Of a stretch of 49,816 nucleotides of DNA, positions 20,524-30,610 are shown in pieces; the stretch's first letter is position 1, and every line of letters begins with the position of its first letter. Source of the DNA: Citrobacter phage Stevie. The notes beneath the pieces were generated by a model. That model saw nothing but the letters and a program-made list of their open reading frames with translations. It was not told the origin of the DNA and did not search any database. The translations under genes and the position numbers were made by a program. Location: the sequence record KM236241.1, one strand, 5' to 3'.

Positions 20524-21579
20524 ATGAGCGATTTTAAAGTTTACACCTTTGACCAGTTAACCAATGATGAATATCACGATCCTAAAGGTTGGGCGGCTGA
20601 ATACGTTAGCGGTTCAAGCCTGGCGGAAATCTTTGCAACTTGTCCGGCTGCATGGAAATACAGACCACGCGAGGAAAGCAAAGCGCTTGTTTTCGGTACG
20701 CAGTCACACACCAACTTTCAAAGCAGTGAGTTGTTCGCAAAAGAGTACCGCCGAGCGCCAGCGCCGGAAGATTACGAAAACTTGATCACAAGCCAAACGG
20801 CATTAGCCAGCAAGTTAAAATCTTTTGGCCTGACTGGTACAAGCGGTAAAACTTATCCAGACCTGATAAAAATGATGGTTGATTGTGGGGAGGATCTTAA
20901 TGTTCAGTGGCTGATTGAAATGATCGCAGAGAGCCAGGCGCGAGCGGATAACGTTGAATTGGTTCCGGCTAAAGATTACGACGCTTGCGTTACCATGCGC
21001 CGCGTACTTGAAAACATACCGGAACACAACGCTTGCATGAATAGCCCAACAGCACAACGCGAGCTATCAATTTTCGGATCTATTAAAGGCGTTAAAGTCA
21101 AAGTAAGGCTTGACCATGTTGATATTTGCAAGGATGTGCTTGCAACGGTGATTTCCGGCTATGACGGTGAAGGGAATCCGGTTTATGAAACAACGCGATT
21201 TGATGAAGCTATTGTGATCACTGATTACAAAACAACGTCAAGCGCTAACCCAACGGAGTTTTCACGGCTGGCATTCAATCACGGATACTACTTGAAAATG
21301 GCATTGCAGCATGACCTATTCAAGAAAGCGTATCCAGAAGAAACGCGCCCCGTAGTAGTCAGATTGCTGGCGCAGGAAAAGAAAGAGCCTTATTTACCGA
21401 TTGCATACCGCATGACGGATGAACAATTGAAGATCGGACGGCTTCAATACATGAGTGTGATAAACCAGTTTGCAGAATGCCAGGCAAATGACAGTTGGCC
21501 TTCATACGCAAACGGAGAGCCTGAAATTGATCTTCAAACGCCTGATTGGGTACGCAGACAATACAAAGGTTTTTTATAA
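20524..21579 (+). CDS. RecE-like PD-(D/E)XK exonuclease
   Basis: SGSSLAEIFATCPAAWKYRP...ALVFGTQSHTNF...DEAIVITDYKTT...FNHGYYLKMALQHDLFKKA; upstream of annealing protein. Confidence 0.8.
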   Translation: MSDFKVYTFDQLTNDEYHDPKGWAAEYVSGSSLAEIFATCPAAWKYRPREESKALVFGTQSHTNFQSSELFAKEYRRAPAPEDYENLITSQTALASKLKSFGLTGTSGKTYPDLIKMMVDCGEDLNVQWLIEMIAESQARADNVELVPAKDYDACVTMRRVLENIPEHNACMNSPTAQRELSIFGSIKGVKVKVRLDHVDICKDVLATVISGYDGEGNPVYETTRFDEAIVITDYKTTSSANPTEFSRLAFNHGYYLKMALQHDLFKKAYPEETRPVVVRLLAQEKKEPYLPIAYRMTDEQLKIGRLQYMSVINQFAECQANDSWPSYANGEPEIDLQTPDWVRRQYKGFL

Positions 21580-21580
21580 A

Positions 21581-21622
21581 TAGCACTTTTTGCTAAAACA
21601 GCCATTCGATGCGTGGTATACT
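21581..21622 (+). promoter_or_regulatory. Composite promoter cassette F1
   Basis: TAGCACTTTTTGCTAAAAC -17- TATACT; 8-bp inverted repeat GATGCGTG/CACGCATC brackets the -10. Confidence 0.8.
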
Positions 21623-21654
21623 ACACGCATCAACCAACAAGAGAGGAAATAAAA

Positions 21655-21945
21655 ATGGAAAAGCAATTCAACGAGCGCGAAATCAAAGAAGTTCAGGATC
21701 ACGTAGAAAAAGTAACTTCCGCAATCGCAGTTACGCAACGTGAATTTTTAAAGGTAATTGATCCGAGTGAATCGCCTGAAACTATGGCATACGTTCGCAA
21801 GGTTGCACATGCATTTGATAATGTAATTCTCACAATATTTCAGCACGAAGATAATGAGCAATATAAAAACATGTTGCACCAGGCCAGTGAGGTAATGAAC
21901 CAGAATTTGATTGATTACCACAATAAAGGTAAAGAAACTCATTAA
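21655..21945 (+). CDS. Hypothetical protein
   Basis: ORF directly downstream of cassette F1 with GAGAGG RBS. Confidence 0.7.
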   Translation: MEKQFNEREIKEVQDHVEKVTSAIAVTQREFLKVIDPSESPETMAYVRKVAHAFDNVILTIFQHEDNEQYKNMLHQASEVMNQNLIDYHNKGKETH

Positions 21946-21992
21946 TTAAATTGGCGGCGAAAGCCGCCTAACCTATCAGCGGAGTGAATTAG

Positions 21993-22655
21993 ATGAAATT
22001 TTCAGAACAAAACGCAAACGTGATTAAGGCATTGTTTGAGGCGCGTCAATTATTCACCAAAGTAAAAAAGGATAAGCAAAATACGCACCTTAAAAACAAA
22101 TATGCAACGCTTGACAGTGTTCTTGATGCAATTATGCCTGGGCTTACTGATAAGGGTTTATTCCTTACACAAGATCAGAAAGTCAGTGAAGATCTTAAAT
22201 CAATGACTGTATTCACGCGATTCATTCATGTTGAATCAAACGAATGGGTAGAATATAGCTTCACGCTTCCAATGCAGAAATTAGATCCTCAAGGCGGCGG
22301 CTCAACAAATAGCTATGCTCGACGTTATGCGCTTTGTACTGCTTTAGGGTTGGCAACGGCTGACGATGACGCAAATCTTGCCACCAAAAACGCGCAGGAT
22401 TGGAAAAAAGATCTTGATGCTTGCGATAACCTTACAGACTTGCAAGAAACGTTTAAAACTGCTTACAAGCAATCTGACGCAGCAAACCGCCGAATCATTA
22501 AAGAGCATTACGATAAGCTGAAAGCAAAAATGGAAATAGGAAAGGCTCGCGGCTTTAATCCGGCTGAACCAGCGGCGAATGTTGCAAAGAATGAAAAGGT
22601 TGAAAAGGAACCGCAACAGGAAGTAAAATCACAGTCTATCACTGACTTTGAATAA
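21993..22655 (+). CDS. ERF-family single-strand annealing protein
   Basis: FTKVKKDKQNTHLKNKYATLDSVLDAI...PQGGGSTNSYARRYALCTALGLATADDDAN. Confidence 0.9.
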   Translation: MKFSEQNANVIKALFEARQLFTKVKKDKQNTHLKNKYATLDSVLDAIMPGLTDKGLFLTQDQKVSEDLKSMTVFTRFIHVESNEWVEYSFTLPMQKLDPQGGGSTNSYARRYALCTALGLATADDDANLATKNAQDWKKDLDACDNLTDLQETFKTAYKQSDAANRRIIKEHYDKLKAKMEIGKARGFNPAEPAANVAKNEKVEKEPQQEVKSQSITDFE

Positions 22656-22692
22656 TAATTTGCGGGGCGTAATGCCCCGATAAGGAAAAATA

Positions 22693-23118
22693 ATGCACGT
22701 TATCACTGGTGAAATTCGCAAAGAGCCTTATATTAAGCAGGGCGCAAGCGGAACTTTATACATCGTTGAATTAGCGGAATCGTATAAAGATCGTGAAGGT
22801 AATCGACAATATACGAATTACAAGTTTTTCTTTAATGCCAAAAGCGACGGCATGAATAATTGGTATCGCGATGCGTTCCAGATCGGTAAGGTTGTTTCAG
22901 TATCGTGCGATCAGTTACGCATTGATAGCAACGAATACAACGGACAAATTTATAACACGCTAACAAGTGCTGGATTTGCTAACCTGCAATTTAGCCAGCG
23001 CGGGGAAGGTCAAGCACCACAACAGCAACGACCGCCTCAGCAACATCGACCACAGCAACAGCAAGCGCCACAAAACAACGAGCCTCCAATGGATTTCGAC
23101 GACGATATCCCATTCTGA
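22693..23118 (+). CDS. Single-stranded DNA-binding protein
   Basis: OB-fold-like N-terminus, Gln/Pro-rich linker, acidic tip DFDDDIPF. Confidence 0.88.
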   Translation: MHVITGEIRKEPYIKQGASGTLYIVELAESYKDREGNRQYTNYKFFFNAKSDGMNNWYRDAFQIGKVVSVSCDQLRIDSNEYNGQIYNTLTSAGFANLQFSQRGEGQAPQQQRPPQQHRPQQQQAPQNNEPPMDFDDDIPF

Positions 23119-23124
23119 TAAAAT

Positions 23125-23150
23125 AAAACCCCGCAATGCGGGGTTTTTTA
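23125..23150. terminator. Bidirectional terminator between SSB and the minus-strand tail fibre
   Basis: AAAACCCCGC-aat-GCGGGGTTTTTT. Confidence 0.9.
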
Positions 23151-25295
23151 TTACTTAGTAAGCTGAACAAGCATTGCTTGCATTTCCGCAATTGCGGCTT
23201 TCATTTCTGCGATCTCGTTTTTCAACTCTTTAATTTCCTCCTGTTGTTTCTCTATTTTTTCTTTCTGCTCTTTGAATGCGTTAACCAAAAGAGCTACAAC
23301 GCCATTATAGTTAATGCCTTTGATTGCCTCGCCTTTTGGATCTATCTGACCATCATTATTCAAAGAATGAACCGCTTCCGGCAAAACCCTTTCAACATCT
23401 TGTGCGATCAATCCAGCCTCAATGCTATAAACGCTGTTTTCATCTTCAATTAGATTGTTGCGCTTGTAGTAAGTATAACCAGTTAGATAATCAATTTTGT
23501 CGGATGCTGTTTCGATCTCTTTTAGATGTGCTTTCATCCTTATGTCAGATGTGCTAATCCATTGGTTACAAGTAGCATTTCCAACGTTATTGAAAATGAA
23601 TTCTCCACCCTTTACATAAAGGTGAGTTTCAGCACCGCCACTCGACCAGTTAACGGCATCCATTCCAGTAATCCAATCATCACCCCAATGAACAACCTTA
23701 AATACGTTAACGGCTGCGTCTTTTGCTGTAATCTCGCAAAGCATTCCAGCACCACGATCACGCCAAGCAGTAAAAGCGCCTCCCTGAATTTGACCGCCAA
23801 TCATGGCACTTGCCCCACCAGACCTAATGCCAGCAACCCTAATGCCGTTTGCATCGTCACTAATAGGCCATATAGTCAATAACCCGTACATGTTAAAATC
23901 ATTAGCTTGGCATGTTGCAATATTTCTACCGTTGCACATTACTTGCAAAATGCCATCACCGCCCCACCTAAAACCTGTGTCAGTGTCACCAATTACTAAC
24001 GCATTACTTCCAAGCGCATTACCAATACCCCTACCGATAACTATTGAATTGTAATTTATCGCGTTACCGCTTTCATCAAATTGATAATAGTTTGTATCAC
24101 CTCCTTCCCTAGTGACTTGTATTGTTGATTTTGCTAATCCACCTTGAATTTCGTTGTAAATTCTTGAGTATGAAAGCTGTACATCTTCTGGACTTTTGTT
24201 TATTAAATAAAGAACTCCAGAGTTTGCAGAGTTTTTTTCTGTTAGGCTTATTCCTCTAAAAACAGGTATATCAGCCTCACCAATGCCAAAGTTATTCCTT
24301 GCTTGGCTTACGTTTTCCGCACCAGTACCGCCAGCACCAACAGAAAGAGCGGATGTGCTGTTATCGCTATTTCTTGCAACTCGCCACTCGCCGTTGTTTG
24401 CGATCCGTAATTCATAAGTCCATGCAGGGTTACGAAATGAGTTATAATCACCTGGATTTTGCCCCTTAACTGAATTAACAGCCTCAACTTTCAGCGCCTC
24501 CCTTGCTAAATCTTTATTAGCAAGATCATTAAGATTCTGATCCTTATGCAGAAGGTTTTCAGGGTTAACTTGTTGTGCCCATTGGCGAGCTTCATCACGC
24601 GCAGTCTCAGCGCCAGCCTTTGCAGAGTCGGCGGCAATCTTTGATTGTTCAGCGGCAAGTTGTGATTCCTTTGCTGCATCGCGAGCATTAACAGACTCGT
24701 TTTTAATTGATCCAATTTCAGAAACGGCGCTATCTTTTATTTGTTGCGTCTGCGTTTTTATTGCGTCAGTGTCCGCCTTAATCTGATTGGTTTCATTGAC
24801 GGCAGCATCCTTAATCTGTTGAGTCTCAGATACAGCAGAATCCTTAATATGTTGCGTTTCATTTTTTAGTTGCTCAGTTGCCGCTTTGTCGTTTGCTACC
24901 TGTTGAGCATCAGCATTAACCTTGTTAACTAAATCTTGCAATGTTTTCAGATCGAAGTTTTTAAAGAATTCAATTGCTTCCTCAATTACCGTTTCTTTAC
25001 TTTGGTAATAACGCAGCGTTTCCGCTACATCTTGCGCCATTCCATCGACAGTTAGCGAGTCATTCAACAGGATCACATAATTTCCGTTTGCTACTTGCTC
25101 GCCGTCAGTCTGGATCGCTTTCATTTCCGTGTCGCTTACAATATCGCTAATCACAGCCAATTTAAGAGGCGATGTGAGAAATACGATTGTTGCGCCAGTG
25201 CGGATAAGAGAAAGAGGCTCACGCCATTTTGTGCCAGTACCAGTAATAACGCCTTGCGCGTCCATTGCAGCCGTACCAGTTCGATATAAAGCCAT
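23151..25295 (-). CDS. Tail fibre with C-terminal intramolecular chaperone (peptidase S74)
   Basis: [21 protein letters not shown]...[15 protein letters not shown]...[16 protein letters not shown]. Confidence 0.9.
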   Translation of the reverse strand: MALYRTGTAAMDAQGVITGTGTKWREPLSLIRTGATIVFLTSPLKLAVISDIVSDTEMKAIQTDGEQVANGNYVILLNDSLTVDGMAQDVAETLRYYQSKETVIEEAIEFFKNFDLKTLQDLVNKVNADAQQVANDKAATEQLKNETQHIKDSAVSETQQIKDAAVNETNQIKADTDAIKTQTQQIKDSAVSEIGSIKNESVNARDAAKESQLAAEQSKIAADSAKAGAETARDEARQWAQQVNPENLLHKDQNLNDLANKDLAREALKVEAVNSVKGQNPGDYNSFRNPAWTYELRIANNGEWRVARNSDNSTSALSVGAGGTGAENVSQARNNFGIGEADIPVFRGISLTEKNSANSGVLYLINKSPEDVQLSYSRIYNEIQGGLAKSTIQVTREGGDTNYYQFDESGNAINYNSIVIGRGIGNALGSNALVIGDTDTGFRWGGDGILQVMCNGRNIATCQANDFNMYGLLTIWPISDDANGIRVAGIRSGGASAMIGGQIQGGAFTAWRDRGAGMLCEITAKDAAVNVFKVVHWGDDWITGMDAVNWSSGGAETHLYVKGGEFIFNNVGNATCNQWISTSDIRMKAHLKEIETASDKIDYLTGYTYYKRNNLIEDENSVYSIEAGLIAQDVERVLPEAVHSLNNDGQIDPKGEAIKGINYNGVVALLVNAFKEQKEKIEKQQEEIKELKNEIAEMKAAIAEMQAMLVQLTK

Positions 25296-25363
25296 AATTA
25301 CACCTCATTTTATTCATTGAAACAGTGTAGTGATTATGCGATATTGCTATGTTACATGCAATA

Positions 25364-25386
25364 AAAAACCCCGCCTTAGCGGGGTT
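25364..25386 (-). terminator. Terminator downstream of the primase-like gene
   Basis: Minus strand: CCCCGC-taag-GCGGGG then TTTTTTATT. Confidence 0.75.
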
Positions 25387-25450
25387 CGTCAACGACAACG
25401 AGAAGCCAATGAAACAGATTCATCGAAAAGTGTTAGTAGCAGGATGAATA

Positions 25451-26377
25451 TTATAATAAGTCACTTGCCTTGTAAAGCCTCCGCTCTATTCCATTTTTGA
25501 ATTTACCGTTAATTGGTAGCATTACGTCTAATTCGCGATCATCAGCAGAAATCAAAGTATCGCGATCATTAGCATGGCACACAACGCGCATTTTGCGATC
25601 TCCTTTGTATCTGTATGCAACAATTTCAAGATTTGAAGGCGAGAAACACGCCCATACTTCTTGCCCCGTCGCCAGGTGTATATGTTGCGCATCAATCCAA
25701 TCAACGCAAAGGTAAATTGTTTTGTCAGTCTTGCCAGTTACCGCAACGCTTCCACGCGTGTAATCTTTCGCGTAAAAACTGCTTTTACCTTCCTCATTGA
25801 CGAAAAGAATATTGCACATGTCATCATCCAATTCATCACTATGCACCAGGTGGCAAGGAATAGCGTGTATATGCTCGCAATATCCATTTTCATGAGTTTT
25901 TACGCCAACTTGATACGATTCGCCGTCTAATGGATAAAACGCCTCAAAAACGCTTAGATTTGTTATTTCCATGCGTTCAGTTTTATCCATAACCTCAACA
26001 CATTTTTCATGAGTTGCTTGCGATCCGAAATTGTAACCGGAGTCACGTTTTGCCGCTTTGTTAGCCTTGTTGACAACCTCAACCGGAACCAGGTTTAACC
26101 ATTCGCCTAGAGTGTCGATTGCTTCACTGTAATTTTCACCACGTATGCGCATGAATAATCCGATCCCTGAATCATTCCCGCATTGGTTGCAAATGTTGCC
26201 GCCGTCGCCTTTCTCGTTGATTTTGTCCGTCCATCTGAAACGGTCTTTACCTCCACAATAAGGGCATGGTTGATGCTTTCCGTTAAAGGTTAATTGAGGA
26301 ATATCACAAAGTTTCATCAATGCCGCTTGCCACATTCCGCGCATCTTTGGGATCACTTCTTCTTTCTGGTAATGCAT
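25451..26377 (-). CDS. Primase-like protein (zinc ribbon plus atypical TOPRIM-like region)
   Basis: CPYCGGKDRFRWTDK...GNICNQCG zinc ribbon; HLATGQEVWACFSPSNLEIVA region. Confidence 0.8.
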   Translation of the reverse strand: MHYQKEEVIPKMRGMWQAALMKLCDIPQLTFNGKHQPCPYCGGKDRFRWTDKINEKGDGGNICNQCGNDSGIGLFMRIRGENYSEAIDTLGEWLNLVPVEVVNKANKAAKRDSGYNFGSQATHEKCVEVMDKTERMEITNLSVFEAFYPLDGESYQVGVKTHENGYCEHIHAIPCHLVHSDELDDDMCNILFVNEEGKSSFYAKDYTRGSVAVTGKTDKTIYLCVDWIDAQHIHLATGQEVWACFSPSNLEIVAYRYKGDRKMRVVCHANDRDTLISADDRELDVMLPINGKFKNGIERRLYKASDLL

Positions 26378-26393
26378 TTCTCAACCTCCAAAT

Positions 26394-26427
26394 AAAAAAA
26401 CCTGGCACGATGATAAACCATGCCAGG
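26394..26427 (-). terminator. Terminator downstream of the HTH gene
   Basis: Minus strand: CCTGGCA-N13-TGCCAGG followed by T7. Confidence 0.8.
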
Positions 26428-26436
26428 CCGGAATTT

Positions 26437-27045
26437 TTAGCAATCAGTGCTATCGACGGAAATCACAACGCGTTTCTTCTGATTGGCTTCCTTTGCTTTG
26501 CGCCGTTCTTCTTTCGCCTTGTCGCGTTCAGCTTTGCGCCGCGCTTTCTCCTTCTCGCGTTCTTCTGGAGTCATAGACCGTAACGGATCGTAAGGCCGAA
26601 CAAATCCGCGCGCCTCCGCTTCTTCTTTTGTGACAAATCGCATGAGCTTTCTGTTGCTGCAACGATTCTCTAATGGCTTGCCGTTGTTGTCAAAGCGCAA
26701 ATCTGGACGGCAATATGAAGCGCGGAAACCGTTAAAACCTTTGCGGCGGTAATCCTTTTGGATCAGTTCAGCGCCTTTAGCTGAAATCATTCCGCGCTCT
26801 TTCCATCCCCACACTGTTTTAAGGTTAACGCCAATCTCACGCGCCAACGCAGCACAGCCGCCATAAGCGCTAACCACTTCATCAAGCCTAGCTTTTAATC
26901 CTGCCCTTACTTCTTCCTTTAGTACCAGATAACCGCTAACAGGTGCGCGGCGCTTCCGGTCTTTACCACGCCTTACGCCGTTGTTACCATTGATTGTGCG
27001 TTTGTCGATTTCGCCCGTTGAGGCCGCAATTTTGATTCCGCCCAT
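26437..27045 (-). CDS. HTH DNA-binding protein (Cro/YdaS-like N-terminal HTH, charged tail)
   Basis: YGGCAALAREIGVNLKTVWGWKERGMISAKGAELIQ...RPDLRF; start ATG at 27045 with AGGTG RBS. Confidence 0.65.
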   Translation of the reverse strand: MGGIKIAASTGEIDKRTINGNNGVRRGKDRKRRAPVSGYLVLKEEVRAGLKARLDEVVSAYGGCAALAREIGVNLKTVWGWKERGMISAKGAELIQKDYRRKGFNGFRASYCRPDLRFDNNGKPLENRCSNRKLMRFVTKEEAEARGFVRPYDPLRSMTPEEREKEKARRKAERDKAKEERRKAKEANQKKRVVISVDSTDC

Positions 27046-27056
27046 ATTTTCACCTA

Positions 27057-27098
27057 TAGCACTTTTTGCTAAAACTATTGAGTAAGTTTGTGTATGAT
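27057..27098 (+). promoter_or_regulatory. Composite promoter cassette F2
   Basis: TAGCACTTTTTGCTAAAAC -17- TATGAT. Confidence 0.8.
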
Positions 27099-27133
27099 AT
27101 GGTGCAAATGGCATTTAGTCAAAAGGATAAGTA

Positions 27134-29107
27134 ATGATTCCTAACATTGAAAAACAGATTGAAGAACTTGGAGCGGAAAAGATAAAGGCAATACAAAAAC
27201 GCTTCACAGTTGGTGAAATTGTGCCTTACGAATATCAATGCGTTGCATACGTTGAGATCGCAAAGCGTTTAAGCCGTTATGAACATCCGTTTTTTGTTAA
27301 GGCGGCTGTATCGGCTGGTAAAACAATCATCTTTGCTATGGTTGCGGCTCAGTGCCGTAAAATGGGGTTGAAAGCGTTATTTCTGGCGCGTCAATCTGAA
27401 ATTGTGGATCAGGATTCAAAAGAGATTAGCGCCTTTGGTGTTCCGAATTCCGTTTATTGCGCTGGCCTGAATACCAAAAGCGCTTATTTCCCGATTGTTG
27501 TCGGATCGGAAGGCACTGTAATTGGTGGATTGAATAAAGCGTTGGGTGATTACGTCCCGCAAGTTTTAGGTATAGACGAATGTCATCAAGTCAACTGGAA
27601 TGATATTGTTGAAGCCGAGGAAAACGGCGAAAGCATAGAGCAAATGATGACACCGAAAGGTGAACCAGTTGAAGGGAATCCGTTGCTGATTGGTTCAGGC
27701 CGCGCACAATACACCATTATCATTGCAGAAATGCGCCGCCGTTGCCTTGAGACTTACGGTCATCAGTTGCGCATATTTGGAATGACAGGATCGGAATATC
27801 GCGGAATTGAGCCGATACTTGTCGAAGATAAAAGAATTCCTGGGTTTTGGCGTGAGCAGATCACAAACATTGATACTGATTACCTGGTAAAATTTGGTTC
27901 AGTTGTTCCCACTTATTTTGGCAATGTTGGTGATTTGGGTTACGACTTATCAGAATTTACGCCAGTACATGAATTTGGCGTTGCTGATTATGACCAGAAG
28001 CAATTAAAGGCAATGAGTGACAAGATTCACAAATCAGGAACCATGACGCAGAAAATAATGCAGATGGTTCATGAGGTGATGAAAAACCGCTTGTGCGCTC
28101 TTGTTACTTGCGCTGACGAAAGGCACTGTAAAGAGGCGGCGGCGGCGCTTCCTCCTGGCACGAAATATCACATTATTACCGGAAAAACTGGAGAGAAACA
28201 GAGGCGCTTATGGCTTGAGGATGCTTATGAAGGCAGGGTGAAATATATTTTTCAGGTTCAGGCGCTAACAACTGGCGTGAACGTGCCGCCGTGGGATACT
28301 TCTGTTATTTTGCGTAAGATCGGAAGTCTCACGCTATTAACTCAGCTTTTGGGGCGTGGTATGCGTCAATTAAAAACATACCATAAAGAAGTATTGGGGA
28401 TGCACAAAACGGATCACCTTGTTTTGGATTTTTCAGGCACGATGTTTGAAATGGGTAATTTGTATTTCGATCCGATGTTAGAGCAAGCGCAATTCCAGTT
28501 ACGTAAATCACAGGACAAAGATCCGAAATATTGCCCGATTTGCGGTACAGAAAATTCATTCTATGCTCGCCGTTGCATTAATGAGGATGAAAACGGAAAT
28601 CGTTGTGAACATTTCTGGACGTTCCAGGAATGTGAGGATCAGATTGATGACCGCACAAAGAAAGTTATTGTAAAAGGTTGCGGCGCAAAAAATGACGTTG
28701 CGGCGCGTGTATGCCGTTGCTGTAATGTTCAGTTACGCGATCCAAATGATAACTTATCCGGCAAGATGTACCGTAAAAACGATTGGTGCGACGTGTTAGA
28801 TTTTAATGTGACGCTGACAAAAAACCAGGCTGGCGTAATATTCTGCTACACGTTACGTGATAGTGGCGGCGTAGAATTCAGGGCATACGAAAAATATTTC
28901 CCTGAATCAGAACACAAGATATGTAAAACGCTTTGGACAAAGGCGGTTAGAACACATGTTATAGATCGCCAAGCCGCAAACTTTATGATCACTTGCCGCA
29001 ATGCAATTAAGATCATGAGTTATGCGGGGCAAATATTGCCGCCAAAACGTGTTACCCATCGCAAGAACACAAAGAAAGAAGATTTGATCGCACAGAAGGA
29101 GTTTTAA
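27134..29107 (+). CDS. SF2 DEAD/DEAH-box helicase
   Basis: Walker A VSAGKT, DECH box GIDECHQ, GSEGTVIGG, helicase C QVQALTTGVNVPPWD, LLGRGMR; zinc-finger cysteines at C-terminus. Confidence 0.93.
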   Translation: MIPNIEKQIEELGAEKIKAIQKRFTVGEIVPYEYQCVAYVEIAKRLSRYEHPFFVKAAVSAGKTIIFAMVAAQCRKMGLKALFLARQSEIVDQDSKEISAFGVPNSVYCAGLNTKSAYFPIVVGSEGTVIGGLNKALGDYVPQVLGIDECHQVNWNDIVEAEENGESIEQMMTPKGEPVEGNPLLIGSGRAQYTIIIAEMRRRCLETYGHQLRIFGMTGSEYRGIEPILVEDKRIPGFWREQITNIDTDYLVKFGSVVPTYFGNVGDLGYDLSEFTPVHEFGVADYDQKQLKAMSDKIHKSGTMTQKIMQMVHEVMKNRLCALVTCADERHCKEAAAALPPGTKYHIITGKTGEKQRRLWLEDAYEGRVKYIFQVQALTTGVNVPPWDTSVILRKIGSLTLLTQLLGRGMRQLKTYHKEVLGMHKTDHLVLDFSGTMFEMGNLYFDPMLEQAQFQLRKSQDKDPKYCPICGTENSFYARRCINEDENGNRCEHFWTFQECEDQIDDRTKKVIVKGCGAKNDVAARVCRCCNVQLRDPNDNLSGKMYRKNDWCDVLDFNVTLTKNQAGVIFCYTLRDSGGVEFRAYEKYFPESEHKICKTLWTKAVRTHVIDRQAANFMITCRNAIKIMSYAGQILPPKRVTHRKNTKKEDLIAQKEF

Positions 29108-29109
29108 AA

Positions 29110-29517
29110 ATGGTTACTGATAAAGGCGATTATCTGGAGTATTACGACAAATCAGATCCAGATGACAGAAAAGAGGAAGCGCACCAGGTTGATTCTTATT
29201 CATGGTTAACATATGAGTTTCCAATGTGGCTTGTTTGGCACACTAAAAACGAAGGGAAGAAAACAATAGGCACAGCAGTAAAGGATCAGCAAGCAGGTGT
29301 AAAAAAAGGAGTAAGCGACATTCTAATCCTGACTGGTTTTATTGGCTGCAAATATGCATTCATTGCAATTGAGCTTAAACGAGCCAACAAGAAAGGAACT
29401 AAAGTAAGCCAGGAACAAAGGGAATTCTTGCGCCGCGTTAGGGAATGCGGAGGATTTGCCGCAGTATGCTATGGTGTAGATCAAGTAAAATTGGCTATCG
29501 CAGACGCTACAAAATAG
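29110..29517 (+). CDS. VRR-NUC-type nuclease
   Basis: QQAGVKKGVSDILIL...AFIAIELKRANKKGTKVSQEQREFLRRVRECGGFAAV. Confidence 0.88.
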   Translation: MVTDKGDYLEYYDKSDPDDRKEEAHQVDSYSWLTYEFPMWLVWHTKNEGKKTIGTAVKDQQAGVKKGVSDILILTGFIGCKYAFIAIELKRANKKGTKVSQEQREFLRRVRECGGFAAVCYGVDQVKLAIADATK

Positions 29518-29557
29518 CACTTTTTGTTAAAACAGGCGCGACGGAATGCGCCATAAT
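29515..29557 (+). promoter_or_regulatory. Composite promoter cassette F3
   Basis: TAGCACTTTTTGTTAAAAC -18- CATAAT; TAG is the stop codon of the VRR-NUC gene. Confidence 0.8.
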
Positions 29558-29588
29558 GCACACATCAGAACGAAACGGAGAATTAACC

Positions 29589-29867
29589 ATGAAAAAGATG
29601 TTATCAGTAGTTGCTTTATCACTTGCCATTGTCGGTTGCATGGATAAACCAAAAACATATATTTGCGGAAATGAAGCGTTTGAGGTTACAAGCGAATATA
29701 TGAAAGTTGTGCAAGGTAAAAGCACAGGCGTTGTAATGGATAATATCAGCAAAAATCAATATAAGCTGTTTACGCCAATTGGAACGGCTTTTTACACTGT
29801 TAACGATAGCACCATTGATATTAAAGTTGGCGTTTATCAGAACACTCTAACTTGCGAGGTAAAATAA
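29589..29867 (+). CDS. Small lipoprotein
   Basis: MKKMLSVVALSLAIVGC lipobox; 92 aa. Confidence 0.75.
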   Translation: MKKMLSVVALSLAIVGCMDKPKTYICGNEAFEVTSEYMKVVQGKSTGVVMDNISKNQYKLFTPIGTAFYTVNDSTIDIKVGVYQNTLTCEVK

Positions 29868-29868
29868 A

Positions 29869-30609
29869 ATGGCTAAGGATTTTCAGGACAAAGCAACCAT
29901 TGATACTTTTGAGCCGGAAATGGATTTTCATGAACTGCAACACGGCAGATATTCAGATATTGCTTTACGTTCAGGCGGTCATTATCAGCCAGTTAGAGAA
30001 AACCCATTATTTAAGGTTAGCGGCAACCGTTATGCAGGAAGTAAAACGCCGGACGTAGTGCGCGACTTGTGGGAAACTCCAGATGAAATTGTTGAATACC
30101 TTGCTGAACGTTACGGCAAATATGATCTTGACGCAGCAGCAACGGAAGATAATAAAAAATGCGATAAATTTTACAGCAAAGAAACAAACTGCTTAAAGCG
30201 TTGGTGGGGTAGCAATAAGCACGTTTGGTTAAATCCACCATACAGCAATCCAGATCCATTTATCAAAAAAGCAATTGAGCAGATGGAACACGGAAACCAG
30301 ATTGATATTTTACTTCCGGCTGATAATTCAACTGCATGGTTTAGTGACGCACAAAAACACGCGGCAGAAATTATCTGGATTACTGGTGAAACCTGGAAGG
30401 ATGAAGAAGGTCGCGAATATTCCAGAACTGGTCGAGTAGCGTTTATTTCTGGCATGACAGGTGAGCCAGTTAGCGGAAACAATAAAGGTAGTGTAATTTT
30501 TATCATGCGCCAATTGGAAGAAGGTGAGCAACAGCAAACGCACTATGTGAAGATTAGCGACATTTGCCCTTCCGTAAAAAATAAACGAGCCAAAGCGCGG
30601 AGTATTTAA
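29869..30609 (+). CDS. dam: DNA N6-adenine methyltransferase (Dam-like)
   Basis: DVVRDLWETPDEIVEYLAERYGKYDLDAAATEDN...VWLNPPYSNPDPFI. Confidence 0.88.
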   Translation: MAKDFQDKATIDTFEPEMDFHELQHGRYSDIALRSGGHYQPVRENPLFKVSGNRYAGSKTPDVVRDLWETPDEIVEYLAERYGKYDLDAAATEDNKKCDKFYSKETNCLKRWWGSNKHVWLNPPYSNPDPFIKKAIEQMEHGNQIDILLPADNSTAWFSDAQKHAAEIIWITGETWKDEEGREYSRTGRVAFISGMTGEPVSGNNKGSVIFIMRQLEEGEQQQTHYVKISDICPSVKNKRAKARSI

Positions 30610-30610
30610 A

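Noticed and set aside
23612-25289. Several + strand ORFs antisense to the tail fibre gene (e.g. 23526..23882, 23803..24054)
   Set aside because: Fully nested opposite a high-confidence 714-aa coding sequence; shadow ORFs.
25451-29107. Known anti-phage defence system in the helicase/nuclease region
   Set aside because: SF2 helicase, VRR-NUC, primase-like and Dam genes together fit ordinary T1-like replication/recombination functions; no defence-specific domain combination is evident.
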